From: Candidatus Shapirobacteria bacterium
Lineage (GTDB): Bacteria; Patescibacteriota; Microgenomatia; UBA12405
Reading direction: 5' to 3'
Assembly: GCA_016188545.1 (NCBI GenBank)
Contig: JACPHO010000001.1
Span: forward strand, 90,774 to 154,773
Length of the DNA stretch: 64,000 nucleotides
Under the pieces are notes generated by a model. It saw only the letters and a list, made by a program, of their open reading frames with translations. It ran no database searches and was not told where the DNA came from. The translations under genes and the position numbers were made by a program. Of this stretch, positions 9,860 through 19,395 are shown in pieces; positions within the stretch are counted from its first letter, which is position 1; each line of letters begins with the position of its first letter.

Positions 9860-10234
9860 TTGTTGTTATACTCACCCATCAACCAACAAGCCTTAGCTGA
9901 ATTCAAATCCCTTATTACCAGTGCCTCTCCCACCGACCATGTTTCCCGTCAACGGGCTCTCAAAATATTTCTCGACAATAACCGCTTTACCCCCGGGCCC
10001 GACCATGCCATCGAGGCCGAACTAAAAACTGCCATCTACCGAACTCTTAGTGGCCAGCCTTTTAACCCTCGCACGTATGAAACTAGGATTACGACCACTG
10101 TCACCCAACTTACTGCCCCAATTGGCATGCCTGGTCTTCTTGGACAGCTAGGGTTTCCTACCGGAAAAAGAGAAGTCGCAGCCACTTTTCTTGCCGCCAT
10201 GGCCACTGACCTTACCTCCCGACGTCAAATCTAG
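9860..10234 (+). CDS. Hypothetical protein
   Basis: 124-aa ORF with host-like codon use; start uncertain. Confidence 0.4.
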   Translation: MLLYSPINQQALAEFKSLITSASPTDHVSRQRALKIFLDNNRFTPGPDHAIEAELKTAIYRTLSGQPFNPRTYETRITTTVTQLTAPIGMPGLLGQLGFPTGKREVAATFLAAMATDLTSRRQI

Positions 10235-10495
10235 TCCGGCCAATTGTTTGGCATCACCGGTATTATTGCTGTCAAGTATTAGACTAACTTAGGACAAATC
10301 GATGCGACGAAAAATGGAATGCCTTGGAGAATAAAAGCCAGTTTCAATTTTGTAGCTGCAATTTCAAACATCTGTAAAATAGGTAAATTCGCCAAAATTC
10401 CTAATGCACAAAGTTGACTCCTTTTGTGACGATAAGTGATGTGATTGTTAGCTTATGCTATAGTGCTTAATTATAACTAAATATATCAAAGTATA

Positions 10496-10525
10496 TTGAC
10501 AATCTCCTGTCATTTGATGTATAAT
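10496..10525 (+). promoter_or_regulatory. Sigma70-type promoter
   Basis: TTGACA (10496) - 18 nt - TATAAT (10520). Confidence 0.7.
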
Positions 10526-10539
10526 CAAACCAATCAACG

Positions 10540-10574
10540 CTCCGACCATGCGAAAGCCCGTCGGAGTTTTTTTT
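10540..10574 (+). terminator. Hairpin plus T8 between the promoter and the NYN gene (terminator, attenuator or small RNA)
   Basis: CTCCGAC...GCGAAAGC...GTCGGAG followed by TTTTTTTT. Confidence 0.65.
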
Positions 10575-10596
10575 GTAGAAAAATATATAATAAGGC

Positions 10597-11223
10597 ATGG
10601 ATGATCCAGGTGTTGCTTTGTTTATTGATGGTGAAAATTTAAGACACTATGTCGAGAAAGTTCTTTTAGAAAATGGATTTAAAAAATACGAATACTCAAT
10701 ATTAAGTGTCAATTTTGAAAAAATGTTTCAACAAGCTCTTAAGGGATTGAATATTACAAACAAAACATATTATTCTGCTAAGCTTCAATCGATTCCTGAA
10801 ACAGAAGTAATATCCAAACTCCTTATTGAAAAGCAAAGATTTTTGAAAACCAAGCTTGAGAAACAAGGTTATACATTCATGATTTCAGGTACTGTCCGAC
10901 CTCAATTTGTCGAGAAAGATGGAAAAAAGAAAATTGATTTTAAGGAAAAAGGTGTAGATGTTCGAATAGCAGTAGATTTAATTAAAGCAGCTGTTGATAA
11001 AGAGTACAAAACAGTTGTTTTATGTAGTTCAGATTCCGATCTTCAACCAGCTATAAAAGAGGCAAGAAATCGAGGGTTAGAAATTGTTTATTTAGGATTT
11101 GAACTACAACCGAACAAAGGATTAACATTTACTACCAACAAAACTATACTCTTGAGAGGTTCAGAAATAGTTGATGCTGTTGATAATACAGTTCAACTAA
11201 GTGCGTTTAATATTCAGAAATAA
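10597..11223 (+). CDS. NYN domain (PIN-like, LabA/DUF88) ribonuclease
   Basis: FIDGEN, EKGVDVRIAVD, LCSSDSDLQPAI motifs. Confidence 0.9.
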   Translation: MDDPGVALFIDGENLRHYVEKVLLENGFKKYEYSILSVNFEKMFQQALKGLNITNKTYYSAKLQSIPETEVISKLLIEKQRFLKTKLEKQGYTFMISGTVRPQFVEKDGKKKIDFKEKGVDVRIAVDLIKAAVDKEYKTVVLCSSDSDLQPAIKEARNRGLEIVYLGFELQPNKGLTFTTNKTILLRGSEIVDAVDNTVQLSAFNIQK

Positions 11224-11425
11224 GCAGGTTTGGCCCTCTTTGAGTCTTGCACAAAAAATACTTTCCGACCTCTTCCCAGATAGTCCGCTCTCCGGCGCTC
11301 AAACTAGATTCACCACACCTCGAAACATCATTCATTAGTCTGCTAACGCTGCTGGTTTGGGATACTTATCTGTCTGCATCAGAGGGGATTTTGGTCATTG
11401 GTTATTCCGAATGATAGAATGAGGC

Positions 11426-13219
11426 ATGGAGTCGCAGGTTCAGGAAATTAAACAAAAGCTGGATATTGTCGAAATTATTGGCAAGTTTCTCCCGCTCAAA
11501 AAGCGTGGTCGCCACTATCTAACCAACTGCCCGTTTCATGGCGAAAAAACCCCCTCATTCACCATCTCCCCAGAGTTACAAATTTTCAAATGTTTTGGCT
11601 GTGGCAAAGCCGGGGACGTTTTTACTTTTATCCAAGAATATGAACATGTCGATTTCAAAGATGCTCTCGAAGACCTCGCCAAAGTGGCTGGGATAGTTCT
11701 CAAAAAAGATCCCCATCTGACCCAAGTCGAAAAACTTCATCGTCGTCTCATCGATCTCAATCAAGAAGCGGCCAAATTCTATCACTACATCCTTACCGCT
11801 CATCCGCTAGGTAAACCGGCTCTCGACTATTTACTAAATCGTCATATCACTCTCGACACTATCAAAACATTTCGGCTGGGTTATTCGCCCTCAAATCCCG
11901 AATTGGTTTCAAACTATCTTCAAAAAAAAGGTTTTACAAAGGCGGAGATGTTGGCGAGTGGTACCTATGGCACCTCCCGTTATGGCAATAGTATGTATGA
12001 TCGGTTTCTTGGTCGGGTCATCTTCCCCCAGTCAGATTTTCGTGACCGCATATTAGGGTTTTCAGGACGGATATTACCATCCGATAAATCCCAAAATCAA
12101 GCCAAATACATCAATTCGCCCGAGACCGATATATACCACAAAAGTCAGATGCTTTACGGAATCAATCTTGCTCGAGAAGAAATTAAACGCCAAAAATCAA
12201 CCATTATTGTCGAAGGTGAGTTCGATATGATTTCACCTTATCAAGAGGGGATTAAAAATATTGTCGCCATCAAAGGAACTGCTTTCACTACCGAACAACT
12301 TCAACTTCTTCACCGTTACACTGATACACTCATCCTCGCCCTAGATGAGGATTTGGCGGGTACAAATGCTTCTCTTAAAAGTATCGAAGTCGCCGACACC
12401 ATGGGATTCGATATCCATGTCATCGATCTCCAAAATAAGTTCAAAGATCCTGACGAAGCCATAATGGCTGACCCCCAATTTTTTAAAACCCAGTTGGCCA
12501 CTCCGGTTCCCATCTGGGATTTTATTATCAATTCAGCTCTAAAATCTCACGATTCGTCTACTCCCAAGGGCAAACAAGACATCCTTCGCCAAGTCCTCCC
12601 TTTCCTTGCCAAAATTTCCAATTTAGTCACCCGTTCCGATTATCTAAGTAAACTAGCAAGTCAGCTTGGCTCCTCACCCGAGGCAGTTATTGCCGAGTCT
12701 CAGAAATACAAAAATAATTCATCCAAATTAATTGAAGATCAAAGTTTGAAGATTGAAGATCTACCCGCAAAAATTCCCAAAATGGATATCCTAGAAGAAC
12801 ATCTTCTTAGTCTAATTTTTTCTGCCAAAAAACCCTATCTTCTGGCAACTAAAATCACCGAACATTTTGCATTTATTACCCAACGTTACCAAAAAGTCTT
12901 TAGTTATCTTCTAAAACCCCGTAAAAATTTTGTGGCCGCCAAGTTTGCCTCCCGTTTACCACCAGAACTATCATCGGTCTTTCAGGATATTTTTCTTCAC
13001 TCTACCCAGTTTGAATTTGACTCCCACTCTCGGCTATCAGAGATCAACAAAACTATCAATCAGATCAAATCGATTACCTATAAAGACCAGTTAACCACCC
13101 TGAGCACAAAAATTGCTCAAGCTGAAAATCAGGGAGAAGAAGAAATTGTCAAAAAACTGGAACAGGATTATAATCATATACTCTCAGAATTGTCTCAGGT
13201 CCAATCTACAAAAAGGTAG
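11426..13219 (+). CDS. dnaG: DNA primase
   Basis: [15 protein letters not shown] zinc finger, [14 protein letters not shown] motifs VEGEFD, LDED and KDPDE. Confidence 0.97.
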   Translation: MESQVQEIKQKLDIVEIIGKFLPLKKRGRHYLTNCPFHGEKTPSFTISPELQIFKCFGCGKAGDVFTFIQEYEHVDFKDALEDLAKVAGIVLKKDPHLTQVEKLHRRLIDLNQEAAKFYHYILTAHPLGKPALDYLLNRHITLDTIKTFRLGYSPSNPELVSNYLQKKGFTKAEMLASGTYGTSRYGNSMYDRFLGRVIFPQSDFRDRILGFSGRILPSDKSQNQAKYINSPETDIYHKSQMLYGINLAREEIKRQKSTIIVEGEFDMISPYQEGIKNIVAIKGTAFTTEQLQLLHRYTDTLILALDEDLAGTNASLKSIEVADTMGFDIHVIDLQNKFKDPDEAIMADPQFFKTQLATPVPIWDFIINSALKSHDSSTPKGKQDILRQVLPFLAKISNLVTRSDYLSKLASQLGSSPEAVIAESQKYKNNSSKLIEDQSLKIEDLPAKIPKMDILEEHLLSLIFSAKKPYLLATKITEHFAFITQRYQKVFSYLLKPRKNFVAAKFASRLPPELSSVFQDIFLHSTQFEFDSHSRLSEINKTINQIKSITYKDQLTTLSTKIAQAENQGEEEIVKKLEQDYNHILSELSQVQSTKR

Positions 13220-13253
13220 ATTTATCCCGTTCTTTCGTATACAATATAACCCA

Positions 13254-14339
13254 ATGCCAACTCCTCTCAACTTCCCCAAAATAAAACAGTCGTTAGTTGC
13301 CACCGCCAAAAAACTTCACTACCTTACCCAAGATGAGATACTCGCTGTCGTTGCCGAGCCCGAAAAATACATTGACGAAATCGACAATCTCTTTGATTAT
13401 CTTTTCGAAAAAGGTATCGATGTCTTCGATAAAGTCGAGTCTCAGGCTCTAGTTGATGTCAAAAAAGAAAAAGCCAACAATGCCGAGCTTTTGGCCATGC
13501 TTACTCAGAAAAATACTGTCGACTCTGTTCGCATGTATCTCAAGGAGATCGGTAAAATCGATCTTTTGACATTTGCTCAGGAAGTTGAATACGCCAAAGC
13601 CATCGAAAAAGGTTCCGACGAAGCCCGTGCTAACCTTATCAATGCCAACCTTCGTTTGGTAGTTTCTATTGCCAAAAAATACATCGGCCGTGGACTCTCA
13701 TTTTTAGATCTGGTTCAAGAGGGGAACCAAGGACTTATGCGCGCCGTCGAAAAATTCGACTGGAAGCGCGGATTCAAATTTAGCACTTATGCCACCTGGT
13801 GGATTCGTCAAGCCATCACCCGCGCTATCGCCGACCAAGCCAAGACTATCCGTATTCCTGTTCACATGGTCGAAACTATCAACAAAGTTTACAAGGCGAC
13901 TCGCGCCCTTACCCAGCGTCTCGGTCACGAACCATCCATCGAACAAATCGCCGACGAAGTTGGTATCACTATCGAAAAAGTCGAAGAAATTTATCGTATT
14001 TCCCAAGACACCACCTCTCTGGCTACACCAGTCGGTGACGATGAAGACTCGTTTCTGGGTGATTTTATCGAAGACACTACTCAGCTCTCACCCTATGAAG
14101 AAACCAGTATGGAGCTACTTCGCGAATCCATCGAAGAAGTTCTCGAAAGTCTTGACGAGCGCGAATCAAAAGTTCTCTCCCTCCGTTTTGGTCTAATGGG
14201 TGAAACCCCAAAAACCCTCGAAGAAGTCGGCAAGATTTTCAATGTCACCCGTGAGCGCATTCGTCAGATCGAAGCCAAGGCATTGAGAAAGTTGAGACAT
14301 CCAAGCAGACGTAAAAAGTTGCAGGATTATCTAGAATAA
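13254..14339 (+). CDS. rpoD: RNA polymerase primary sigma factor
   Basis: [47 protein letters not shown]; ATG at 13254 preferred to the overlapping TTG at 13113. Confidence 0.97.
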   Translation: MPTPLNFPKIKQSLVATAKKLHYLTQDEILAVVAEPEKYIDEIDNLFDYLFEKGIDVFDKVESQALVDVKKEKANNAELLAMLTQKNTVDSVRMYLKEIGKIDLLTFAQEVEYAKAIEKGSDEARANLINANLRLVVSIAKKYIGRGLSFLDLVQEGNQGLMRAVEKFDWKRGFKFSTYATWWIRQAITRAIADQAKTIRIPVHMVETINKVYKATRALTQRLGHEPSIEQIADEVGITIEKVEEIYRISQDTTSLATPVGDDEDSFLGDFIEDTTQLSPYEETSMELLRESIEEVLESLDERESKVLSLRFGLMGETPKTLEEVGKIFNVTRERIRQIEAKALRKLRHPSRRKKLQDYLE

Positions 14340-14342
14340 ACT

Positions 14343-14615
14343 ATGTTCGACAAACTACTTAGCCCTTTTCCAGCGCAACCCGATGGTAGTCGTTTGCTAT
14401 ATCGCAAATAGACTGCAAGAATAGCCACTGTTGAAGAGATGAGCACGGAGTCAGGATCTGTTGATACATCAAATATTGGCAGAGTAGTCATTACAACTCA
14501 CAAAAATTTTGGCGAACCAATTAAGGTCGAAATCGAACCGGGTCAAGTATCGGTACTTCCTGCCATAAATATCGAAACTACAGTTACACTAATGCCTCGA
14601 AAACCAAAAAGTTAG
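14343..14615 (+). pseudogene. 90-codon ORF with one in-frame TAG
   Basis: ATG 3 nt after the rpoD stop; TAG at 14409-14411, then open to TAG at 14615. Confidence 0.35.
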
Positions 14616-14652
14616 ACCAATAGTTTGTTTTCACTGCAAGACAATAAACTAC

Positions 14653-14822
14653 GTCATTGCGCCTGCCCGCCTCTGGAGGGAGGAGCATTTACCATAGTGA
14701 CCTGCCTACCGGCAGGCAGGCGTGACAACCTCGTTGGAACCTCCACAGCCTCTCGCCACAGTAGCCTCTCGCCACAGTCTTATTTACGTTTTTACTTTTG
14801 TCTTTTGAATTTTGAATTTTTT
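14653..14822. repeat. REP-like element with nested palindromes and a T-rich heptamer tail
   Basis: GTCATTGCG...GTGA CCTGCCTACCGGCAGGCAGG CGTGACAACCTCGTTGGAACCTCCACAGCC...CAGTCTTATTTACGTTTTTACTTTT; segments shared with 4334-4400 and 42658-42765. Confidence 0.75.
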
Positions 14823-14848
14823 TTACACATTTTGTCATACAATTAGTT

Positions 14849-16093
14849 GTGTCCAAAAAGTTATTTTTCATAGGTTTTTTCCTCATCTCTATTCTCTATC
14901 TTTTTCTCCGTCTTTGGCAGCTTCCTCAAAAACTCGACTTCCGTCTCGATCAGGCTTTCTTTCTCACCGAGAGTAAGTCGACGATCGAGTCATCCACTCC
15001 GCGACTCCTTGGCCCTCCCACATCTAAAATTTTCGAAGGTCGTAGTTTTTATGTCGGATCTAATTACTATTATCTTTTAGGAGTCATCGGTCACCTCAAC
15101 AGTTGGGATCCTTTAGCTATCACCATCTTTTTTATTATTTTCGAATTCATTTTTTATCTCCTTTTTATATATTTTTTGAGACAAAAATTCGGCATAACTT
15201 CCTCCCTTTTAGTCTTTTGGTTTATTGCGGTATCACCTTATTTAGTCGCCCACAGTCGCTTCTTTTGGAATCCTCATATGTTGATACCATTATCAATTAT
15301 TGCGCTATATAGCCTGGAAAAATATATCGCCACTCATAAATATATTTTCCTGATCCTCGCTTCTTTTGCCTGGGGACTGGCTTTCTCCTGTCACTACAGC
15401 CCTATTTTTTGGCTGCCGATTTTTATCTATTTTTTAATCAAGTCGAAACTATTCATAAACCCGCCCGTCCGGCAGGCGGGTCTTAAATCATACCTCATAA
15501 TTCTTCTAGGCATTTTTATTGGCGATCTGCCTTTTTTCATTTTCGAACTCCGCCATCAGTTTTATAACCTCCGGACATTTTTCTTTGTCTACTCCCATTC
15601 CATCGAAAGCGGGGGACTCACCTCCCACTATTTCATCTTCCCCCTTTTAGTTTTTACTTTTTATTTTTTATTTTTGTTTTTTTCTCACCGTCTTGTTCTA
15701 ATTTCTAGTTTCCTGTTTCTCGTTACTACCTATCAATTCTATCTCTACCCCCACTACCCCTCGCTCGGAGCCGTCGCCGGTTGGGATTATCCCACCCAGG
15801 TCAGAGTCGCTGATTATATAAGTAAAAACTGCCCCTCAAACTTTAACGTTGCCGCCACCATACAAGGGGATACTCGTTTTTATGATTTGCGTTTTTTACT
15901 AGAGAAAAATAATTGTCATCCCGATAGTGTCGATGCTTATCCCACTTCCAAAACATTATTTCTAGTTTCACCCCATGATCGATCTCCTGAAGCCGAGACA
16001 GTTTGGGAAGTCGACTCGCTTCGTCCCTTTACTATCACTTCAAAAACCAAGTTAAACGATTTTCTTGATCTCTATTTCCTCACCCGCCTTTAG
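14849..16093 (+). CDS. GT-C fold membrane glycosyltransferase (ArnT/PMT-like)
   Basis: FLRLWQL..DQA, LGP, YYYLL, SRFFWNPH, many TM helices; carries the in-frame palindrome insert PPVRQAG. Confidence 0.8.
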   Translation: MSKKLFFIGFFLISILYLFLRLWQLPQKLDFRLDQAFFLTESKSTIESSTPRLLGPPTSKIFEGRSFYVGSNYYYLLGVIGHLNSWDPLAITIFFIIFEFIFYLLFIYFLRQKFGITSSLLVFWFIAVSPYLVAHSRFFWNPHMLIPLSIIALYSLEKYIATHKYIFLILASFAWGLAFSCHYSPIFWLPIFIYFLIKSKLFINPPVRQAGLKSYLIILLGIFIGDLPFFIFELRHQFYNLRTFFFVYSHSIESGGLTSHYFIFPLLVFTFYFLFLFFSHRLVLISSFLFLVTTYQFYLYPHYPSLGAVAGWDYPTQVRVADYISKNCPSNFNVAATIQGDTRFYDLRFLLEKNNCHPDSVDAYPTSKTLFLVSPHDRSPEAETVWEVDSLRPFTITSKTKLNDFLDLYFLTRL

Positions 16094-16138
16094 TTAGTCT
16101 CCAATTCGTCTCTGGTTTCTTTTTATCGTTTTTACTTT

Positions 16139-16606
16139 TTACTTTTGAATTTTGTTTTTATCATCCTGCATTTCCACTGCCACCATCTGTCCATTCTCCA
16201 ACCGTCTTTTATTATCGTCTTGCAGGTAAGAAATCATTTCAATAGTTGAGAGGTGACTAATTACTAAGATTGTATCGTTTGGCTCATGATCGTATCTTAA
16301 ATCATCCAAAAACAAATCAATCTTATCTTTAAAGTGTTCATAATTCTCACTTTTCTTTTTATGTCCCACTAGGCTAGTTAGGTAAATTGGCATATCATCA
16401 TCGCGTACCCGCAATATTTCATCTAGTGTTTGAATACATCTTGGTTTTGGTGAGCAATATATAGCATCAAATTTCTGGTCTTTCAAACTCTCTGCCAGCT
16501 TTATAGCCTGAACCACTCCAACAGCAGTTAAGTTGTTTTCATCTCCAGCAACTTTATAACCCCGATTATGAGCGGATTCTCCATGTCGGACTAATATCAA
16601 TTTCAT
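16139..16606 (-). CDS. Histidine phosphatase family protein
   Basis: LVRHGES, SPKPRCIQT, LVISH. Confidence 0.88.
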   Translation of the reverse strand: MKLILVRHGESAHNRGYKVAGDENNLTAVGVVQAIKLAESLKDQKFDAIYCSPKPRCIQTLDEILRVRDDDMPIYLTSLVGHKKKSENYEHFKDKIDLFLDDLRYDHEPNDTILVISHLSTIEMISYLQDDNKRRLENGQMVAVEMQDDKNKIQK

Positions 16607-16661
16607 ATGCGCTATTTTACAATATAGTTTTTACTTTTTACTTTTGAATTTTGTTCTTACT

Positions 16662-17270
16662 CTACACTTCAACTCCCAGTTTTTTGATCTCTCCCATAAA
16701 TTGCTCAAAATCAGTGTACAAAAAGGCACTTATCCCCACACTTTTAGCCGATTCAACAGTTGGGTCAAAGTCATCGGCAAAGGCGATTTCAGATGCCTCC
16801 ACCCCCGACTTTCGTATCAATTCTTCAAACAATTTTTTATCCGGTTTATTAAATCCGACTTCATACGACAGCGCCCAAGCATCAAAATTATCAAGGAATC
16901 CAAACCGTTTTTGCAATCCGCTTATTCGAGCAGGAAAATTACTACTGCAGATTAGTGTTTTGTATCCCTTCTGTCGAACAGTTTTTACAACTTCTACTAC
17001 ATGTTCATTTGCCTCATATCCCTCTATTAGTAAGTCCATTAATTCAGTCGGTGAGGCACTTATTCTCCACTCAGTTGCCGCCCAGCTCCAAAATTCTTCG
17101 TCGCCCATTTTCCCGGTTTTATAAAGTTCGTTCATTTGTTCGCTTTTCAGAAACACCCTTTTAGCTTCATCTTCACTTACACCATATATTCTTCCCAAAT
17201 TAGCTATAAAATTTTCCTTACCCCTCAGAAAATAAACCCCATCCAAGTCAAAAGTAATTGCTTTTACCAT
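16662..17270 (-). CDS. HAD-family phosphatase
   Basis: FDLDGV, SSN, KPD, FADD. Confidence 0.88.
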   Translation of the reverse strand: MVKAITFDLDGVYFLRGKENFIANLGRIYGVSEDEAKRVFLKSEQMNELYKTGKMGDEEFWSWAATEWRISASPTELMDLLIEGYEANEHVVEVVKTVRQKGYKTLICSSNFPARISGLQKRFGFLDNFDAWALSYEVGFNKPDKKLFEELIRKSGVEASEIAFADDFDPTVESAKSVGISAFLYTDFEQFMGEIKKLGVEV

Positions 17271-17298
17271 TTGCCTATTTTATCACTAGCATCAGTAC

Positions 17299-17562
17299 CT
17301 AATTTATCCTTCTATCTCTCAACACTATCCCTGGTTTCATCGTGTTTTTGGCCGGGTCATAAGTTTAGAATATATGATCACTATGACTAAACATCATGTG
17401 TCTATCCAGTGATGACTCTAATAACATTCTGCCAACTTAGGTATCATGTGCAAATTCCGCTGCCACTTCCCTGCACTCCGAACAGACAATTACTTTTTTA
17501 GTTCTTCCGTCAATTGTCCTAACTTCTATTGTTCCCTTGATTTGGGCAGTACTATTATCCAT
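17299..17562 (-). pseudogene. Decayed small zinc-finger-like ORF with two in-frame TAA
   Basis: Manual translation MDNSTAQIKGTIEVRTIDGRTKKVIVCSECREVAAEFAHDT*VGRMLLESSLDRHMMFSHSDHIF*TYDP...RIN*. Confidence 0.35.
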
Positions 17563-17665
17563 TGGGTATTATAGCCTATATTTGGGTAAATATGTAGGTA
17601 AATTTATTATTTTCAACATAAAGGCATAGCCTACTAATCTGTAGTTCGTTGTATTAATATTAATT

Positions 17666-18343
17666 ATGGGATTTGCAGGAAAAGTGGCTGAAAAAGAGTA
17701 TGCTATTTCTCTAAGAGAAAAAGGTTACTCCTATAATCAAATTCAAAAAATCACCGGACTTTCAAAGGATACTATTTCAAGGTCATGTCGTGACGTAGTT
17801 CTAACTTCACAACAAATTAAACATCTTGAATCTCGGCGTACTGCTGGGCAAATGTTAGCTTCTATTAAGGGAGCAAAAGCCAACCAACTCAAAAGACAAA
17901 TAATGCAACAGCAATTACTTGACGAAGGTATAAAGCAGGTTGGTGAGTTGTCCGTTCGAGATAAATTTATTTTCGGAATCTCTCTTTACCTTGGCGAGGG
18001 TTCCAAAACGGGCAGTGGTGTCGAATTTACAAATTCCGACCCGTCCACGGTTTTGTTCATGTACAGATGGTTTAAAGATTTCTGTGAAATACCCAGTAAA
18101 GACATCAGGGCTAGTCTGTGGATACACGATAATCTAGATGAATCCAAAGCAAAAACATATTGGTCAGAGCTACTCGGAATTAACTTAGATCAGTTTGATA
18201 AGTCATACATCGCCAAAAACAAATTAAATAGCCTTAAAGTACGTAAAAATATTCATCAATACGGTATCATTAAACTAAGATACTATAGTGTAGTTAAATT
18301 ACGCCTAATATTAGGCTGGATAAAAGGTGTACTTTCTGGCTAA
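17666..18343 (+). CDS. HTH plus LAGLIDADG-like domain protein
   Basis: LREKGYSYNQIQKITGLSKDTIS (HTH); GISLYLGEGSK..VEFTNSDP (LAGLIDADG-like helix). Confidence 0.65.
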   Translation: MGFAGKVAEKEYAISLREKGYSYNQIQKITGLSKDTISRSCRDVVLTSQQIKHLESRRTAGQMLASIKGAKANQLKRQIMQQQLLDEGIKQVGELSVRDKFIFGISLYLGEGSKTGSGVEFTNSDPSTVLFMYRWFKDFCEIPSKDIRASLWIHDNLDESKAKTYWSELLGINLDQFDKSYIAKNKLNSLKVRKNIHQYGIIKLRYYSVVKLRLILGWIKGVLSG

Positions 18344-18390
18344 CTTGAATGATATAATCATCAAGTTCTCGCACATTTAACAATCAATCT

Positions 18391-18682
18391 TCCCCCTTAG
18401 CTCAGTGGTAGAGCGCTCGCCTGTGAATGAAAATCGCAGCTTTCTCAAGTAATTGAGACTGAAACTCCGGAAGAATTCAGGGAAGCCTAAGATACCTTAC
18501 GGTATTATGGTAATCCTGAGCCGATCCCCAACGCAAAGTTGGGGCAGGTGCAGAGACTAGGTGGTACACCGTTTAGCCTCCGGCTCCTGACTATTGTCAG
18601 GATGAAAAGATAGTCCAGGCCTCAATGAAAGTTGAGGATTCCTGTAAGCGATTGGTCCGAAGTTCGAATCTTCGAGGGGGAG
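18391..18682 (+). tRNA. trnN: tRNA-Asn(GTT), intron-containing; exons 18391-18424 and 18645-18682
   Basis: Spliced: TCCCCCT TAGCTCAGTGGTAGAGC GCTCGC CT-GT^T-AA GCGAT TGGTC CGAAG TTCGAAT CTTCG AGGGGGA G; acceptor, D and T arms pair; discriminator G; no encoded CCA. Confidence 0.92.
18425..18644 (+). ncRNA. Group I self-splicing intron (IC3-like, no ORF), 220 nt
   Basis: P1 CTGT/GCAG with U.G at the 5' splice site; P AATTCAGGGAA, Q AATCCTGAGCC, R GCAGAGACTA, S AAGATAGTCC; P9 hairpin CCTCAA-TGAAAG-TTGAGG; terminal G. Confidence 0.92.
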
Positions 18683-18759
18683 CAAGTATAAAAAATACCT
18701 AAAAATACGTAATATATGTGTATGTTATCTCCAACATGGGAGACAAAGTATAATACATC

Positions 18760-19284
18760 ATGAACTTGATACTCCTTGGAGGAAATGGTGTCGAAAATAA
18801 GATGTGGATTGAAAAGATTGAAACCACGCTTAAACCATTATTTTCAACTACCTATATTCAATATTACATGCACTGGCAAAAGGGAGGGGAAATGGTAGAT
18901 ATCAACCTTGAGGCGAACAAGTTGTCAAGCTATGCAAAAGACATTAGGGAATATGTAATTTTTGCAAAATCAGCAGGAATTCTGATAACCGCAAAAGCAG
19001 TTCACGATAATGCCTTAAGACCTGTAAAATGTATTTTCACTGGCATTCCAATAAGTTGGGCAATAAGTAAAGGTTTTGATATATCAAACTGGTTTGAAGG
19101 ATTTAAGGACACCTCCTTAGTGATCCAGCACAACGAAGATCCGTTCGCATCTTCTAAAAACGTATCAGAGTTTATTACCAAGGAAAATATGATTAACACA
19201 AATTTGGTCGAACTTCCGGGGAATACACACGATTACCTTGAGTACGATAGAATAAAAAAAATAGTCGCGGATTTTGTCTACTAA
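18760..19284 (+). CDS. Alpha/beta hydrolase fold protein
   Basis: LLGGN, nucleophile elbow AKSAG, DP, C-terminal GNTHDY. Confidence 0.75.
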   Translation: MNLILLGGNGVENKMWIEKIETTLKPLFSTTYIQYYMHWQKGGEMVDINLEANKLSSYAKDIREYVIFAKSAGILITAKAVHDNALRPVKCIFTGIPISWAISKGFDISNWFEGFKDTSLVIQHNEDPFASSKNVSEFITKENMINTNLVELPGNTHDYLEYDRIKKIVADFVY

Positions 19285-19395
19285 CTGTCTATACGACCAT
19301 AATGCTTTGGATCGAGTTTGATACGTTTAACATCTTTCATCTATATTGATACATATAGTGATATAATCCACAGAAATTAAGAAAACAGTCAATTT

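Noticed and set aside
13113-13253. N-terminal extension of RpoD in the ORF track
   Set aside because: Overlaps the dnaG 3' end; the ATG at 13254 follows a TACAAT box
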